DNA of 50,603 nucleotides from a virus. Its lineage: Duplodnaviria > Caudoviricetes. Every line of letters begins with the position of its first letter. Position 1 is the stretch's first letter. The translations under genes and the position numbers were made by a program. The DNA lies in the IMG/VR virus record IMGVR_UViG_3300046002_006145, positions 1 through 50,603 of that record, one strand, 5' to 3'. Below the pieces are notes generated by a model. That model did not search any database and was not told where the DNA came from. It saw nothing but the letters and a program-made list of their open reading frames with translations. Of the stretch, positions 8,830 to 18,102 are shown piece after piece.

Positions 8830-9444
8830 GCATCTGGTTAAAACTGAATCGATTTTCGAAACAATATCACGAAAGCCTGAATTATATTTTATTTCGTTCC
8901 TGTATGTTTTTATTCCGTGCATTACGGTGGTATGATCACGATTGACAATTTGTCCAATCTCATAAAGTGACATTTTTTCAGTTTCTCGGCAATAATTAAT
9001 AATAATCATCCTTGCGAAAAACGTTTCCTTGGTTCTGCTTTTTGTAATTAAATCGTCAAACTTCAAGCCCATAACGTGGGTGATTGCATCTTTAAGCTTT
9101 TCAATCTTGCCAATGTTCTTGCAGGCGTTTGATTCAAACATTATCGGGATTCCGTATTCCTCGGCAATTTTAATTTCGATACGTGACTGTTTCGAATCAA
9201 TCCAGTTGTCCAGGACAAATATTGTATTCGAATTTAAAAGCATCTGGATGTCTTTGATAAGGTGTTGTTTCTTGGAGTGTTTTTCTGTTAGTCCATTCTT
9301 TATCGGATTAATCGGAACCATACCGATGCTGATAAGAAAGGATTCTGCGATGTCAAATTTTTGCTGTACGTGTTCGATTGGTATTCCACTGGTTTTGCCA
9401 GAGATATACGTTTTATGCTGTTTAGGGCTGTTTTCTGCGATCAT
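8818..9444 (-). CDS. DUF4406-like domain fused to a DnaA C-terminal-like HTH
   Basis: TYISGKTSG...WIDSKQSRIEIKIAE (DUF4406-like); SLYEIGQIVNRDHTTVMHG (DnaA domain IV-like). Confidence 0.7.
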   Translation of the reverse strand: MIAENSPKQHKTYISGKTSGIPIEHVQQKFDIAESFLISIGMVPINPIKNGLTEKHSKKQHLIKDIQMLLNSNTIFVLDNWIDSKQSRIEIKIAEEYGIPIMFESNACKNIGKIEKLKDAITHVMGLKFDDLITKSRTKETFFARMIIINYCRETEKMSLYEIGQIVNRDHTTVMHGIKTYRNEIKYNSGFRDIVSKIDSVLTRCVSE

Positions 9445-10129
9445 TTCCTTTTAAAATATAATAGTTACACATTTCGTTTAAGCGGCTCGATACACGGTCT
9501 TCATAGCGTTTTATAAAGGTTTCGTGGTTAATTGGTAAATTTGATGATATAAGCGTTAAGATATTTGTTTGGTCGCCTCGGTATTCAAGGATCTGCTGCA
9601 GGACGTTGACACGGTTTCCCATATACATACTTTCCAACGGCTCAGCTCCGAGGTCCTGAATAGCCATAACAGGCATTTTTTTAAACTTTTCAATTATTCC
9701 GTTAGTGGAATACTCGTCACAAACTGTGTCTGTTCTGTGACACGGCCAGTGCAGAACTCTTTTTTTTCCTCCGATACTAATGCAAACATTATCGATAAGG
9801 CAGTAAGCTGACATAATTTCCAAAGCCCAAGACTTACCAGAACCGGTATTTCCGGCAATGTATATTCCTGCGTCAAGTCTACCTGGAATAACTTGTGAAG
9901 TGGAAGGATCAATACATTTGAAATCTGGGTCAGCGTGTACCCAACGAATCAGGTTTTCAAAGACAAATCGATTTTCATTATCGATTGTGAATTTTTGGTT
10001 TCGTGCTTTTCCGATTGCTTCGACAACTTTCAGTGCAATTTCCATCTTGTATGGCAGATAAGTAATTCTGGTTACTTTCTGAAAAAGGCCTTGGTCGGCT
10101 ATTTTTTTAAGAATTTCTGCTATTTCCAT
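9422..10129 (-). CDS. DnaC/IstB-like P-loop ATPase (helicase loader)
   Basis: GNTGSGKS Walker A, IQDLGAE, ISSNL, DRVSSRLNEM. Confidence 0.8.
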   Translation of the reverse strand: MEIAEILKKIADQGLFQKVTRITYLPYKMEIALKVVEAIGKARNQKFTIDNENRFVFENLIRWVHADPDFKCIDPSTSQVIPGRLDAGIYIAGNTGSGKSWALEIMSAYCLIDNVCISIGGKKRVLHWPCHRTDTVCDEYSTNGIIEKFKKMPVMAIQDLGAEPLESMYMGNRVNVLQQILEYRGDQTNILTLISSNLPINHETFIKRYEDRVSSRLNEMCNYYILKGNDRRKQP

Positions 10130-10833
10130 ACTTCTGAATCTTTATATTTCAAATCTTCCTTTTTATAACTTACACTTTTTCTGAAACTTTTTTCATTTTT
10201 TGCCCAAGTTTCCAAACGTCTTTCCAAATCCCAAGTCTTTTCTAATTCCTGCTTGAATTTTGTTCCTGATTTATTTGGTTCTGCCCAGTATCGATAAAAA
10301 TCATTTAGAAAATCTTTGCCATAAACATCAAGATAAGGTTTGAGTGTGTCAGAAAACGAAAGTTTTCTGAAATCATACTTTTCTTTTATAATCTTACTCT
10401 TATCTTCTATTATTTTATCTTCTATTATATTATCTTCTCTTAATGCTATCGTTTCGCTATGCGGTTCGCTATCGCTTTTTAATGGGGTGGCTATAGCCAG
10501 GCTATCTTTTTGCCATCTTTTCAATGCTCCTTTGCGTCCGTTATCTGAATTTATGTTTGATTTTTCGGTAGCATTTGAGTATTGTCGAACAAGGAAATCA
10601 ATGACAATTTTACCGGAATCAATCTTTATTATTTTTTCAGAAATAAGCTCGTCAAAACACTGCTCGTTATTTAACCTTTTCTTTGCTTGCTCTAGTGTTA
10701 AATCACAATCTTTCTGCCAGTATAGTGCCATTAAATTAACATATACACCTTGTGATTCAATTGAGCAAAACATAATATCTCCTGCCAGCCATTCCGCTGG
10801 TTCAAATTGAAAATATGGTAGTCGTTTGCTCAT
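10120..10833 (-). CDS. Replication initiator (DUF1376-like N-terminus)
   Basis: LPYFQFEPAEWL...GVYVNLMALYW; NGRKGALKRW; FYRYWAE...WDLERRLETW; internal iteron-like repeats. Confidence 0.75.
   Translation of the reverse strand: MSKRLPYFQFEPAEWLAGDIMFCSIESQGVYVNLMALYWQKDCDLTLEQAKKRLNNEQCFDELISEKIIKIDSGKIVIDFLVRQYSNATEKSNINSDNGRKGALKRWQKDSLAIATPLKSDSEPHSETIALREDNIIEDKIIEDKSKIIKEKYDFRKLSFSDTLKPYLDVYGKDFLNDFYRYWAEPNKSGTKFKQELEKTWDLERRLETWAKNEKSFRKSVSYKKEDLKYKDSEVWK
10400..10506. repeat. Iteron-like repeats, putative replication origin
   Basis: 15-bp TTATCTTCTATTATW about 2.7 times (10400-10439), plus GCTAT at 10445, 10456, 10468, 10490 and 10501. Confidence 0.55.
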
Positions 10834-10839
10834 AGTATT

Positions 10840-11004
10840 CTATAATTTTTCAATTAAAGAAAGTTCACCAAGCTTCCAATTATGCTTTGCTAGGCGAGCA
10901 TATAATGTTGGCTTTGTAATACCAAGCTTTGCTGACAAATCATCGTGGGAATAGCTTAATAATAGCCTGTTCGCTTTTACTGTTGCTTCTAATTTTGTGA
11001 TCAT
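10840..11004 (-). CDS. 54-aa helix-turn-helix protein (not in the ORF track)
   Basis: MITKLEATVKANRLLLSYSHDDLSAKLGITKPTLYARLAKHNWKLGELSLIEKL; HTH pattern LSAKLGITKPTLY. Confidence 0.7.
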   Translation of the reverse strand: MITKLEATVKANRLLLSYSHDDLSAKLGITKPTLYARLAKHNWKLGELSLIEKL

Positions 11005-11072
11005 AATTTTTTCTTTTTAATTTTTTTACTAAATCGGGTTAAAGAATAGCGGTCATAAGAAACCGCTTTTCC

Positions 11073-11094
11073 GTATTACTGTGGTACAAATATA
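11073..11094 (-). promoter_or_regulatory. Promoter -7 box TATATTTG overlapping operator GTATTACTGTGGTAC (11073-11087)
   Basis: Minus strand reads TATATTTGTACCACAGTAATAC, upstream of the small HTH and replication genes. Confidence 0.7.
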
Positions 11095-11183
11095 AAACAT
11101 ATTTCAGTCATTATCTGTGAAATAAATAAATATTTATTTTTTAATTTAACACCAGCCCGAAGGCCAGTGTTTTTAGGTTATTC

Positions 11184-11927
11184 TTACTGCTCAATTATCG
11201 CAATATCAGGGCATATTTCCCTTATCTTTTCTAGTTGGCTGTCCACTACCTTATCCCTAATATCTTCCATTGTCTGGTTTGCTGCAGGCGAAAGAAGTAT
11301 GAATGACACGTCACGGCCATCTACTCTGGCGAAGGTTTCGATCTCTAGCGTTTCGGCTGGCATACCTTTGAAAATTGGTATTTTAAGCGTGAAAGCTGAC
11401 GGAAGGTTACTGTTTACTGTTTGGGCAAACTTATCGGTTCTGTCACCGTTTTCCTTTGCCGAACGTTCGATGCTATTGTTTACCGTGGCTGTGAAGTTCA
11501 TTAGTTCGGTAACCAGTTTCATATTCTCTGATTTGTCAGAAAAGAAAGCACGGTTCATTTTGAAAAACATTCCCAACTCAGTAGGTGTCCAAATCTTTCC
11601 AGTATTGATTCCGAATTCAAGGAACTTCGGATGCTCGGCCAGTGTGCCTTTAATGTTTCCAAAAAGATACTCGTCATTTTCGTTGTAAACGAGTTTGATG
11701 CTTATATCTTCACGGTTAACGAGAATGTGGCAACGCTTTTGGTTGATCTGGTCTTCCTGGTCCTTTCTCTTTGAAAGGAATTCAAGTACTGAACCGATAA
11801 CACCTCGCACATCCAACTTGATAGGTGCTTTAATTGGAAGCTCATTCACTGACTCTACTTCCCTTACAATAATTTCGGCTTTTGACATTCCAGGGGCAAG
11901 ATTTACTTGCAGTTTTTCGTTTTGCAT
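11184..11927 (-). CDS. Conserved phage protein (possibly DUF2303/YfdQ-like)
   Basis: 247 aa; C-terminal LPSAFTLKIPIFKG resembles DUF2303 proteins. Confidence 0.5.
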   Translation of the reverse strand: MQNEKLQVNLAPGMSKAEIIVREVESVNELPIKAPIKLDVRGVIGSVLEFLSKRKDQEDQINQKRCHILVNREDISIKLVYNENDEYLFGNIKGTLAEHPKFLEFGINTGKIWTPTELGMFFKMNRAFFSDKSENMKLVTELMNFTATVNNSIERSAKENGDRTDKFAQTVNSNLPSAFTLKIPIFKGMPAETLEIETFARVDGRDVSFILLSPAANQTMEDIRDKVVDSQLEKIREICPDIAIIEQ

Positions 11928-11955
11928 AATATTAATTTTTTAAAGTTTTTTTAAA

Positions 11956-12387
11956 TTAGTTTCCTGTTCCTGTTTCACGTACTACTTGAAAGATACTTCC
12001 TTGAAGCTCGTCGGCATAAGCAGGACGGCTTTCGATTAACTCACCGTCTTCGTTGTAGAATCCAACTTCACGTGTTTGAGGGTCAATAAACTTGAAACAA
12101 ACCTCGGTAACGTGTTCTGATTTATTTTTCAGTCCAGTAAGGATTGAAGATCTGTCTTCAATCAATGGTTTCATTCTCAATTTGAATCCTTCCATTGCGA
12201 ACTTTTTTTCGATTTCAATATCGTTGATTTCGATGGCTGTTTCTGAAAGTTCTTCTTTCATCTTTAGCAACTGGTCTGGTTTGAATCTCTTCATATAACC
12301 TTTTTGCTCAACTGAATCACAATTGTCTTTTAAAAATTCTACTCTTCTTTTCGGATCCTGAATATCCTTTCCTAATTCTCTTTGCAT
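11956..12387 (-). CDS. Hypothetical phage protein
   Basis: 143-aa ORF within the operon. Confidence 0.7.
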   Translation of the reverse strand: MQRELGKDIQDPKRRVEFLKDNCDSVEQKGYMKRFKPDQLLKMKEELSETAIEINDIEIEKKFAMEGFKLRMKPLIEDRSSILTGLKNKSEHVTEVCFKFIDPQTREVGFYNEDGELIESRPAYADELQGSIFQVVRETGTGN

Positions 12388-12417
12388 AATATTTGTGTTT
12401 TTGCCCTTCGGCTATTA

Positions 12418-13158
12418 TTAAAATGGTGTTTTGTTAAATGGAATTATCATTCCTGAATCTGCAATGTGTATTGTCTTTCCTGTGGCTTCGAACATATCTT
12501 GTCTGAACTCGTCAGCGTTACTGTTGCCATCGCTCAAATGGATTAAAATTATGTTATTCACTTGCGATAAATCATTAGCCAATAGGGCTTCTTTGCACGT
12601 TTCAAAAGACATATGACTTTGAAGCGTTCTGTCACGAAGTATCGATGGAACCCTACCAGCTTCGATGTTTCTTTTTAACAGATCCATTCTGTAATTGGCT
12701 TCGATAAGAACGTTATTCAAATTGGCGAACCTGTTTGGCAAAAAATAAGTGTCAGTTGCAAAAAGCACGTTTCCAGTTTCCGGATGATTAATAAGAAATC
12801 CAAATGGCTCTTTTGCATCGTGTTTCACTTTGAACGGTATTACTGAAAAATTGCCAATCTTTATTTTTTTCATATCTGTAAGCAAAAACGGAAGGAACTT
12901 GCTTTTTAAGCTTAGTTTTGAATTCGTTCCTGCTGACATAAAAACATTAATTCTGGCATCTAAAAAGTCATTGATATACTTTGCGTGGTCACCGTGTTCG
13001 TGACTTACCAAAGCCCCTACAACCTTGCTGATATTGAAATCCAAAGCATATTTCACTTCTTTAAAAGAAACCCCGCACTCGATAACGAGTGCTTCGGTTT
13101 CATTTTGAATTATGTAACAATTTCCTTTGGACGAACTGCCAAGAATGTGAAGTTCCAT
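12418..13158 (-). CDS. MBL-fold metallo-hydrolase (recombination-associated nuclease)
   Basis: GSSSKGN, SHEHGDH, HDA, TDT, IEANY, SHMS, LIHLS motifs. Confidence 0.9.
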   Translation of the reverse strand: MELHILGSSSKGNCYIIQNETEALVIECGVSFKEVKYALDFNISKVVGALVSHEHGDHAKYINDFLDARINVFMSAGTNSKLSLKSKFLPFLLTDMKKIKIGNFSVIPFKVKHDAKEPFGFLINHPETGNVLFATDTYFLPNRFANLNNVLIEANYRMDLLKRNIEAGRVPSILRDRTLQSHMSFETCKEALLANDLSQVNNIILIHLSDGNSNADEFRQDMFEATGKTIHIADSGMIIPFNKTPF

Positions 13159-14075
13159 TAAAAGCCTGGTTTAGTTGGCGCAGTTCCGTTGTTGTCGAAT
13201 AACTCTGTTGTTGCTTCTTTATCCGTTGAAACAGGCTCAGCAGCTTTTGCAGCTGGCTCAGCTTTCTTAGCTGGTTCCGGCTTAACTGTTTCGGCTTCCA
13301 CTTCCATATCGATAACTTCCTTATTTGCGCTTTCAGACTTTTCACGGGTTACTTTATCCGAAACATCTTCATAATCGATGTCAATAATATCCCTTATTTC
13401 GTCGTCTGTTTTCATACCCATTGAAAGCTCCGGTGCATAAGCATTGGTCCAGAAGGAAGCAGTTCGGTAAATAAGCATTTGGCGTGCCATTGTCTGCCAT
13501 TTTGAACCTGCCTTAGTGTACCAACCTTCCTGTATTGCCATTCTTATATCGATTGGCGAAGATTCCAAAACCTCGGAAGATCCTTTTGCAGTTGTGAAGG
13601 CAACACATTGAATGTTGTCAATTTGCGTTCCATCAAACTCTTTGGTCACGGCTGCTTTTCTTTGGCCATCCCAAACATAATCCGTATAAGGTACTTTTCC
13701 ACAACGGCCAAGGTTGGTGAAGCGATACTGTAATGGATTGAAACGGCCGCAAGTGTTAACGGTTGCGATAAGGAATTTGGAAGACCAGGAAGGGCGGCCG
13801 TAAATGATTACCATATTCTGCATAATCATAAGAGCCGAAGCCCCGATACGTTGTGCCATTTCAATTGCTATCATACAATTGGCCATTGCCTTGTTTTCCG
13901 GATTGATAGCCACGCCATTCTTTAATGCCAGATTAGTTCTGTACATATCAGGAACCAATTCTGAACTTGAAAACAGTTTGCAGACACGCTGCATTGTTTC
14001 GAATTGAACTGGGTCAAAGAAATTGAATGTTGCCACTTCGCTTGTCTTCGATACTTGTAAATTTTGATTTTCCAT
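13158..14075 (-). CDS. RecT/Redbeta-like single-strand annealing protein
   Basis: ANCMIAIEMAQRIG...MQN...GRPSWSSKF; SKWQTMARQMLIYR; sits between the AAA ATPase and MBL nuclease genes. Confidence 0.75.
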   Translation of the reverse strand: MENQNLQVSKTSEVATFNFFDPVQFETMQRVCKLFSSSELVPDMYRTNLALKNGVAINPENKAMANCMIAIEMAQRIGASALMIMQNMVIIYGRPSWSSKFLIATVNTCGRFNPLQYRFTNLGRCGKVPYTDYVWDGQRKAAVTKEFDGTQIDNIQCVAFTTAKGSSEVLESSPIDIRMAIQEGWYTKAGSKWQTMARQMLIYRTASFWTNAYAPELSMGMKTDDEIRDIIDIDYEDVSDKVTREKSESANKEVIDMEVEAETVKPEPAKKAEPAAKAAEPVSTDKEATTELFDNNGTAPTKPGF

Positions 14076-14104
14076 TGTTGCGGATTGTTTAAAAAAGTGA
14101 ATAA

Positions 14105-16081
14105 TTATTTAATTGTTAATGAGGCTTCTCTGGTAACTACCAGGTGAACCATTTGTGCATCTGTTTCAATAAAGTCGTTTACTGATTCGGCTGAATCAAT
14201 GAAAATCGGTGCAGCCACGTTGTAGAATTTCGATAATGAATTGATAATGTCAATACCTGCGTTTATCCTTTCGGCTGTGTTGGTGGCTGCAATAGGCACG
14301 CCAGCCTTATTGGTTGGAATACAAGCTTCGAACTCGTTACCGTCATTTGTCTTGTCGAATAATTGGAATTTTACTATTTTGAAAAGTCCGTTTATACGTA
14401 TGTCACACTCTTCAATTTTAACACGGTTGAAGTCGTCAATATTGAATTCCTGTTTTTCGCAGTCTGCTATCTGTTGTGCCAATTCAGAACCCTGTTTTTC
14501 AAGTGTTTTAATCTCGGTTTTGTATTTGGCAATCAAATCCTTTTGGGAAAATTCCTTTTTCAGTTCGTCACGCTTTGTAACCAGTTCGGTTTTTTTAGCG
14601 TTCAGTTCTAAATTGTCAACTGGCTTCACTTCTGAAATAGTGGCTTCGATAGCTTTAATTTCTTTATCCAATCCCTGCCATTCTGGAAGCTCGGAAGCGA
14701 TGATATTTACAGGTTCAATGGTGTGAAACTGTTTCAGTTGTTCGGTAAGGCTTGCAATCTCGGCTTTGCTATTTTCGGCAAGCAAATTATATTCTGAAGC
14801 TTCCTTTTCAATAGTTGCGATTTGAGTATTTAGAATTTCTATTTCGCCTTTAAGTTTTAATCCTTTGGTATTAATGTCTGCCAATTTTTTAGCCTTATCA
14901 GCTTTGAAGTTGACTAACATTTCAGATTTCTTTGCTTCAACGTCACCTGATTCAAATTCACGTTTACAAGTTGGGCAATGAAAGGTATTATCATCAAAGT
15001 TTAATTCCTTTGCGCTTTTCATTGTCCATTCTGTACGAAGATTTGAAACATCAATATTATTTTTTTCCAAGTTAGCCTTAACGCTTACAAGCTTATTTTG
15101 ACATTCGGTTATATAAAAATCTTCGTTTTTTAAGTTTGAATTTGCCTTTTTTATTCTGTCGTCTAATTCCCTGCGTTTTTGGGTTTCTTCAAAGCTATTT
15201 TCCGTAGCTTTTGAAGTTGCCAAATTCACAACTTCCTGCTGTTTAGTTTTAAGCGAATTAATCTGCTTTTGCTTTTCCTGAATTTCATCATACTGGCCAC
15301 GGATTGCAGCTGCTTTGTCCGAAATCTGTAATTCAATACCTGTAATTAAATCATCGGTTAAATTGATTTCACCTTCAATACTTTCGAAGTCTTTCTGTTC
15401 CGGCATTAATTTAGTCGTCTGATCAATCCTCGGCTGGATATTTTCAAGGTCGTCTTTCAACTTTTTCTTGCGTGCTGAAAGTTCCTTTTTGAAGTCACCT
15501 AATGATTTGCCGTTTAACAGTTCAAGCAGTGAAGCAAATACTGGGTTTGAATTGGCAATCTCTTTATCACTTACAGTTCCGGCAATTTGGAAAAGGAATT
15601 CACGTTGTTTCGTCCAGTGTAATGCAAGGAAGGCCGAAGGATTTGTTATCAGTTTGAAAACTGTTTCGTCTGCAATGGTGTCAACGAAAGCCTTGTATTC
15701 GCCAGCTTTTTTGGGAACATCATTGATATAGTATAGCGTTTCGCATCCGTCAAAAACCTCTTCGGCTGTTCCACGTCTGCGTGTCCATTTTTGGTGAAGT
15801 ACACGTCTGAATGTTGTTTCAGTTCCGTCAATATTGATAAGCGCTGCCACTTCCGAATCAACACGGTCAAGGCGTTTTCCGTCAATGGTTGGAATAATCT
15901 CAAAATCTTTTCTGTCAAACTGGTCTTTACCGAAGAGCATCCAGACGAAACCGTCAAAAACGGTTGATTTGCCTGTGGCATTCTTGCCAGAAATTGTAGT
16001 TTCCTTATGGAAATCTACGCTTAGTTCCTTATGTCCTCTGAAGTTTACAAGGCTCAAACTAAGTAAATTTACTTTTTTCAT
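14105..16081 (-). CDS. SMC/Rad50-like AAA ATPase with Zn-hook
   Basis: NFRG, GKNATGKST Walker A, coiled coil with CPTC, PIFIDSAES Walker B; ATG 16081 preferred because it follows the leader motif. Confidence 0.85.
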   Translation of the reverse strand: MKKVNLLSLSLVNFRGHKELSVDFHKETTISGKNATGKSTVFDGFVWMLFGKDQFDRKDFEIIPTIDGKRLDRVDSEVAALINIDGTETTFRRVLHQKWTRRRGTAEEVFDGCETLYYINDVPKKAGEYKAFVDTIADETVFKLITNPSAFLALHWTKQREFLFQIAGTVSDKEIANSNPVFASLLELLNGKSLGDFKKELSARKKKLKDDLENIQPRIDQTTKLMPEQKDFESIEGEINLTDDLITGIELQISDKAAAIRGQYDEIQEKQKQINSLKTKQQEVVNLATSKATENSFEETQKRRELDDRIKKANSNLKNEDFYITECQNKLVSVKANLEKNNIDVSNLRTEWTMKSAKELNFDDNTFHCPTCKREFESGDVEAKKSEMLVNFKADKAKKLADINTKGLKLKGEIEILNTQIATIEKEASEYNLLAENSKAEIASLTEQLKQFHTIEPVNIIASELPEWQGLDKEIKAIEATISEVKPVDNLELNAKKTELVTKRDELKKEFSQKDLIAKYKTEIKTLEKQGSELAQQIADCEKQEFNIDDFNRVKIEECDIRINGLFKIVKFQLFDKTNDGNEFEACIPTNKAGVPIAATNTAERINAGIDIINSLSKFYNVAAPIFIDSAESVNDFIETDAQMVHLVVTREASLTIK

Positions 16082-16083
16082 AA

Positions 16084-16126
16084 TTGTTGCGGTTTTAAAA
16101 TTACGTATTACTGTGATACAAATATA
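16084..16126 (-). promoter_or_regulatory. Promoter cassette: TATATTTG + operator GTATTACTGTGATAC (16105-16119) + AAAACCGCAAC leader
   Basis: Minus strand reads TATATTTGTATCACAGTAATACgtaattTTAAAACCGCAACAAttATG. Confidence 0.75.
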
Positions 16127-16187
16127 CACTTTTATTTAATATGTATGTGTTTTTAGTTTTATTTTTTAAATAATTGTGAAAATTTGT

Positions 16188-16493
16188 TTAAGCTGACTTT
16201 CTTTCTTCAGTAGTAAGATAGTTTGAACGGTTACTCGTTTTGGCTACAGTTTCAATTTGTACCCTGTTAATTCTTACGCTTGCATTCCTGGTTCCGTCCT
16301 TGATCGCACTTACAAGCCCTTCCAAAATCCATCTGTTAACTACCGAACTACCATATAGCCTTTGGGCTTCACGAAGCTTCAAATACGGTTTTATTAATCC
16401 AGCCACTTCAAGTGCTTTTCTTGCTCCAAGTTCTGCTGCATCAATAAGAGCGTTTCGGTATTCGGTTTCTGTCTGTGGTAATATCATTGCCAT
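16188..16493 (-). CDS. Excisionase-like DNA-binding protein
   Basis: YLKLREAQRLYGSSVVNRWILEGLV, MerR/Xis-like pattern. Confidence 0.55.
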   Translation of the reverse strand: MAMILPQTETEYRNALIDAAELGARKALEVAGLIKPYLKLREAQRLYGSSVVNRWILEGLVSAIKDGTRNASVRINRVQIETVAKTSNRSNYLTTEERKSA

Positions 16494-16765
16494 TTATCTG
16501 AAATCTTGAATTTTTGGTTAAAAATATAACTCGTTTCAATTATCGGTGAATCTGTTATCGGTATCTGGTACCGTGTGCAGAACCACCACGCTGATAATTC
16601 ATTTGCTTTAGAAACACCGACTTTTTTATAAATAGTCCTTGTGTGATTCTCGACTGTTCGCTCTGAAATAAATAACTTGCTGGCAATGATTTTCTTTGGT
16701 TGACCCCAAGCGATCATTTCTGCAATCTGGTATTCTCGTTTTGAAAGTGTTGCGGCATCTTTCAT
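16484..16765 (-). CDS. LuxR/GerE-type HTH regulator
   Basis: LSKREYQIAEMIAWG...IIASKLFISERTVENHTRTIYKKVGV. Confidence 0.85.
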   Translation of the reverse strand: MKDAATLSKREYQIAEMIAWGQPKKIIASKLFISERTVENHTRTIYKKVGVSKANELSAWWFCTRYQIPITDSPIIETSYIFNQKFKISDKWQ

Positions 16766-16767
16766 TA

Positions 16768-16980
16768 CTATTCCCCCCAGATTTCGTTTATACCATACTT
16801 GGCAAAAACATCTTCGATTGCCTTGGCTTCGCTGACTTTAGGTTCTACGTTTCCTCGTAACCTATTCAGCCAAGCTGGGCGTGAATTGATTTTTAATACT
16901 TCCTTCAAGTCGTTTCGTAGTTTTCTGGCTTCTTGAACCGTCACTTGGTTGAAGCCTTTTTGAAAAGAATAAATGTTCAT
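16768..16980 (-). CDS. Cro-like regulator (start 16980 or 17004)
   Basis: Small HTH-like protein divergent from the CI-like gene. Confidence 0.6.
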   Translation of the reverse strand: MNIYSFQKGFNQVTVQEARKLRNDLKEVLKINSRPAWLNRLRGNVEPKVSEAKAIEDVFAKYGINEIWGE

Positions 16981-17021
16981 ATTGAGTATATTTTGTACTT
17001 TCATTAAGTAATTAGAATTAT

Positions 17022-17052
17022 TACATTTGTTATTTATGAGATTACAAACATA
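17022..17052. promoter_or_regulatory. Face-to-face TAnnTTTG promoter boxes of the cI/cro switch
   Basis: TACATTTG on + (17022-17029) and TATGTTTG on - (17045-17052). Confidence 0.45.
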
Positions 17053-17120
17053 CAACATTGTTATGCAATATAACGTGTTTTTGCAAAGATAATTTATGCA
17101 TTTTTAAATAATAAATATAT

Positions 17121-17552
17121 ATGACTGTAAAAGAAAGACTTATAGAATACATCAAATACAAAGGAATAAGCATTCGATTATTTTGTAGAACTTCTGGGCT
17201 ATCTGAATCTTATGTAACGTCCATTCGTAGCTCAATCCAGCCTGATAAGTTGGATATGATTGCACAGCATTTCCCTGACTTAAATATTGGTTGGGTGGTA
17301 ACTGGTGAAGGTTCTATGATTAAGGTGTCCAGCCAATTACCGAGTATTGACCGTGAAATATTAATTCAAGCTGGTGCCGAAATATTCAAGGACAAATTAA
17401 TTGAAATGTTCAAGATGGGTGAGATATATTCGTCTGCTGTAGTACTTGAACAGAATACTATTATAAGAGATCTGTATGCAAAATTAATCAAGCTTGAAGC
17501 TGAAATAATTTGGCTAAAAGAGAAAATTGAAAAGATTGAACAAGTGCATTGA
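17121..17552 (+). CDS. CI-like XRE repressor without an S24 peptidase domain
   Basis: VKERLIEYIKYKGISIRLFCRTSGLS...FPDLNIGWVVTGEGSM; C-terminal coiled coil. Confidence 0.75.
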   Translation: MTVKERLIEYIKYKGISIRLFCRTSGLSESYVTSIRSSIQPDKLDMIAQHFPDLNIGWVVTGEGSMIKVSSQLPSIDREILIQAGAEIFKDKLIEMFKMGEIYSSAVVLEQNTIIRDLYAKLIKLEAEIIWLKEKIEKIEQVH

Positions 17553-17575
17553 TTTGTTGTGCAACTTAATAATAT

Positions 17576-17761
17576 ATGATTGAAATTGAATTGAATGCCT
17601 ATTATAATAAACCAGAATGGTACAGGTTTATGCCAAAATCCGTGTTTTTGGCTCTTGAATATGCCTACATAAGCGGATACTTAACGGTGGAAGTTCCGAA
17701 TGACGACTTCACAAGAATGATTATTTTGAAACAAATTAACGAAAAACTGCAACTTCAATAA
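17576..17761 (+). CDS. Hypothetical protein (lysogeny operon)
   Basis: 61-aa ORF packed tightly between two regulators. Confidence 0.6.
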   Translation: MIEIELNAYYNKPEWYRFMPKSVFLALEYAYISGYLTVEVPNDDFTRMIILKQINEKLQLQ

Positions 17762-17762
17762 T

Positions 17763-18083
17763 ATGGAATCAAAAGTTATAAGGCCAAAAGCAAAAGAGAT
17801 ACAGGCAAGATTTTTCCAGGCTATCGATATGCTTATAGAGTCAGGCAAGATAAAAAGCCTTCAATCTTTCTGTACTGATTACGGACTACACCGGCCGAAG
17901 TATTCAAACATACGTTCTTATTCTAAGGATGAAAGCAAATTGGGAACCGGTTACAAGTTTATCGATATTGATGCACTCGCTTACTTGGTTGGCGATTTTG
18001 GGGTGTCTTCCGATTGGTTGCTTACCGGTAAAGGTGGAATGTTTAGTAATAAGAAACGGTCCGTATTAATTTCTTCACTTTAG
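17763..18083 (+). CDS. Second XRE-like HTH protein
   Basis: SLQSFCTDYGL...FGVSSDWLLTGKGGM. Confidence 0.7.
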   Translation: MESKVIRPKAKEIQARFFQAIDMLIESGKIKSLQSFCTDYGLHRPKYSNIRSYSKDESKLGTGYKFIDIDALAYLVGDFGVSSDWLLTGKGGMFSNKKRSVLISSL

Positions 18084-18102
18084 GCATCCTTATCCCAATA
18101 GA

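Noticed and set aside
11155-12412. nut/boxB-like GCC-N4-GGC mini-hairpins at 11155 and 12403
   Set aside because: The stems are only 3 bp, no boxA or N-like gene is recognised, and they are compatible with chance
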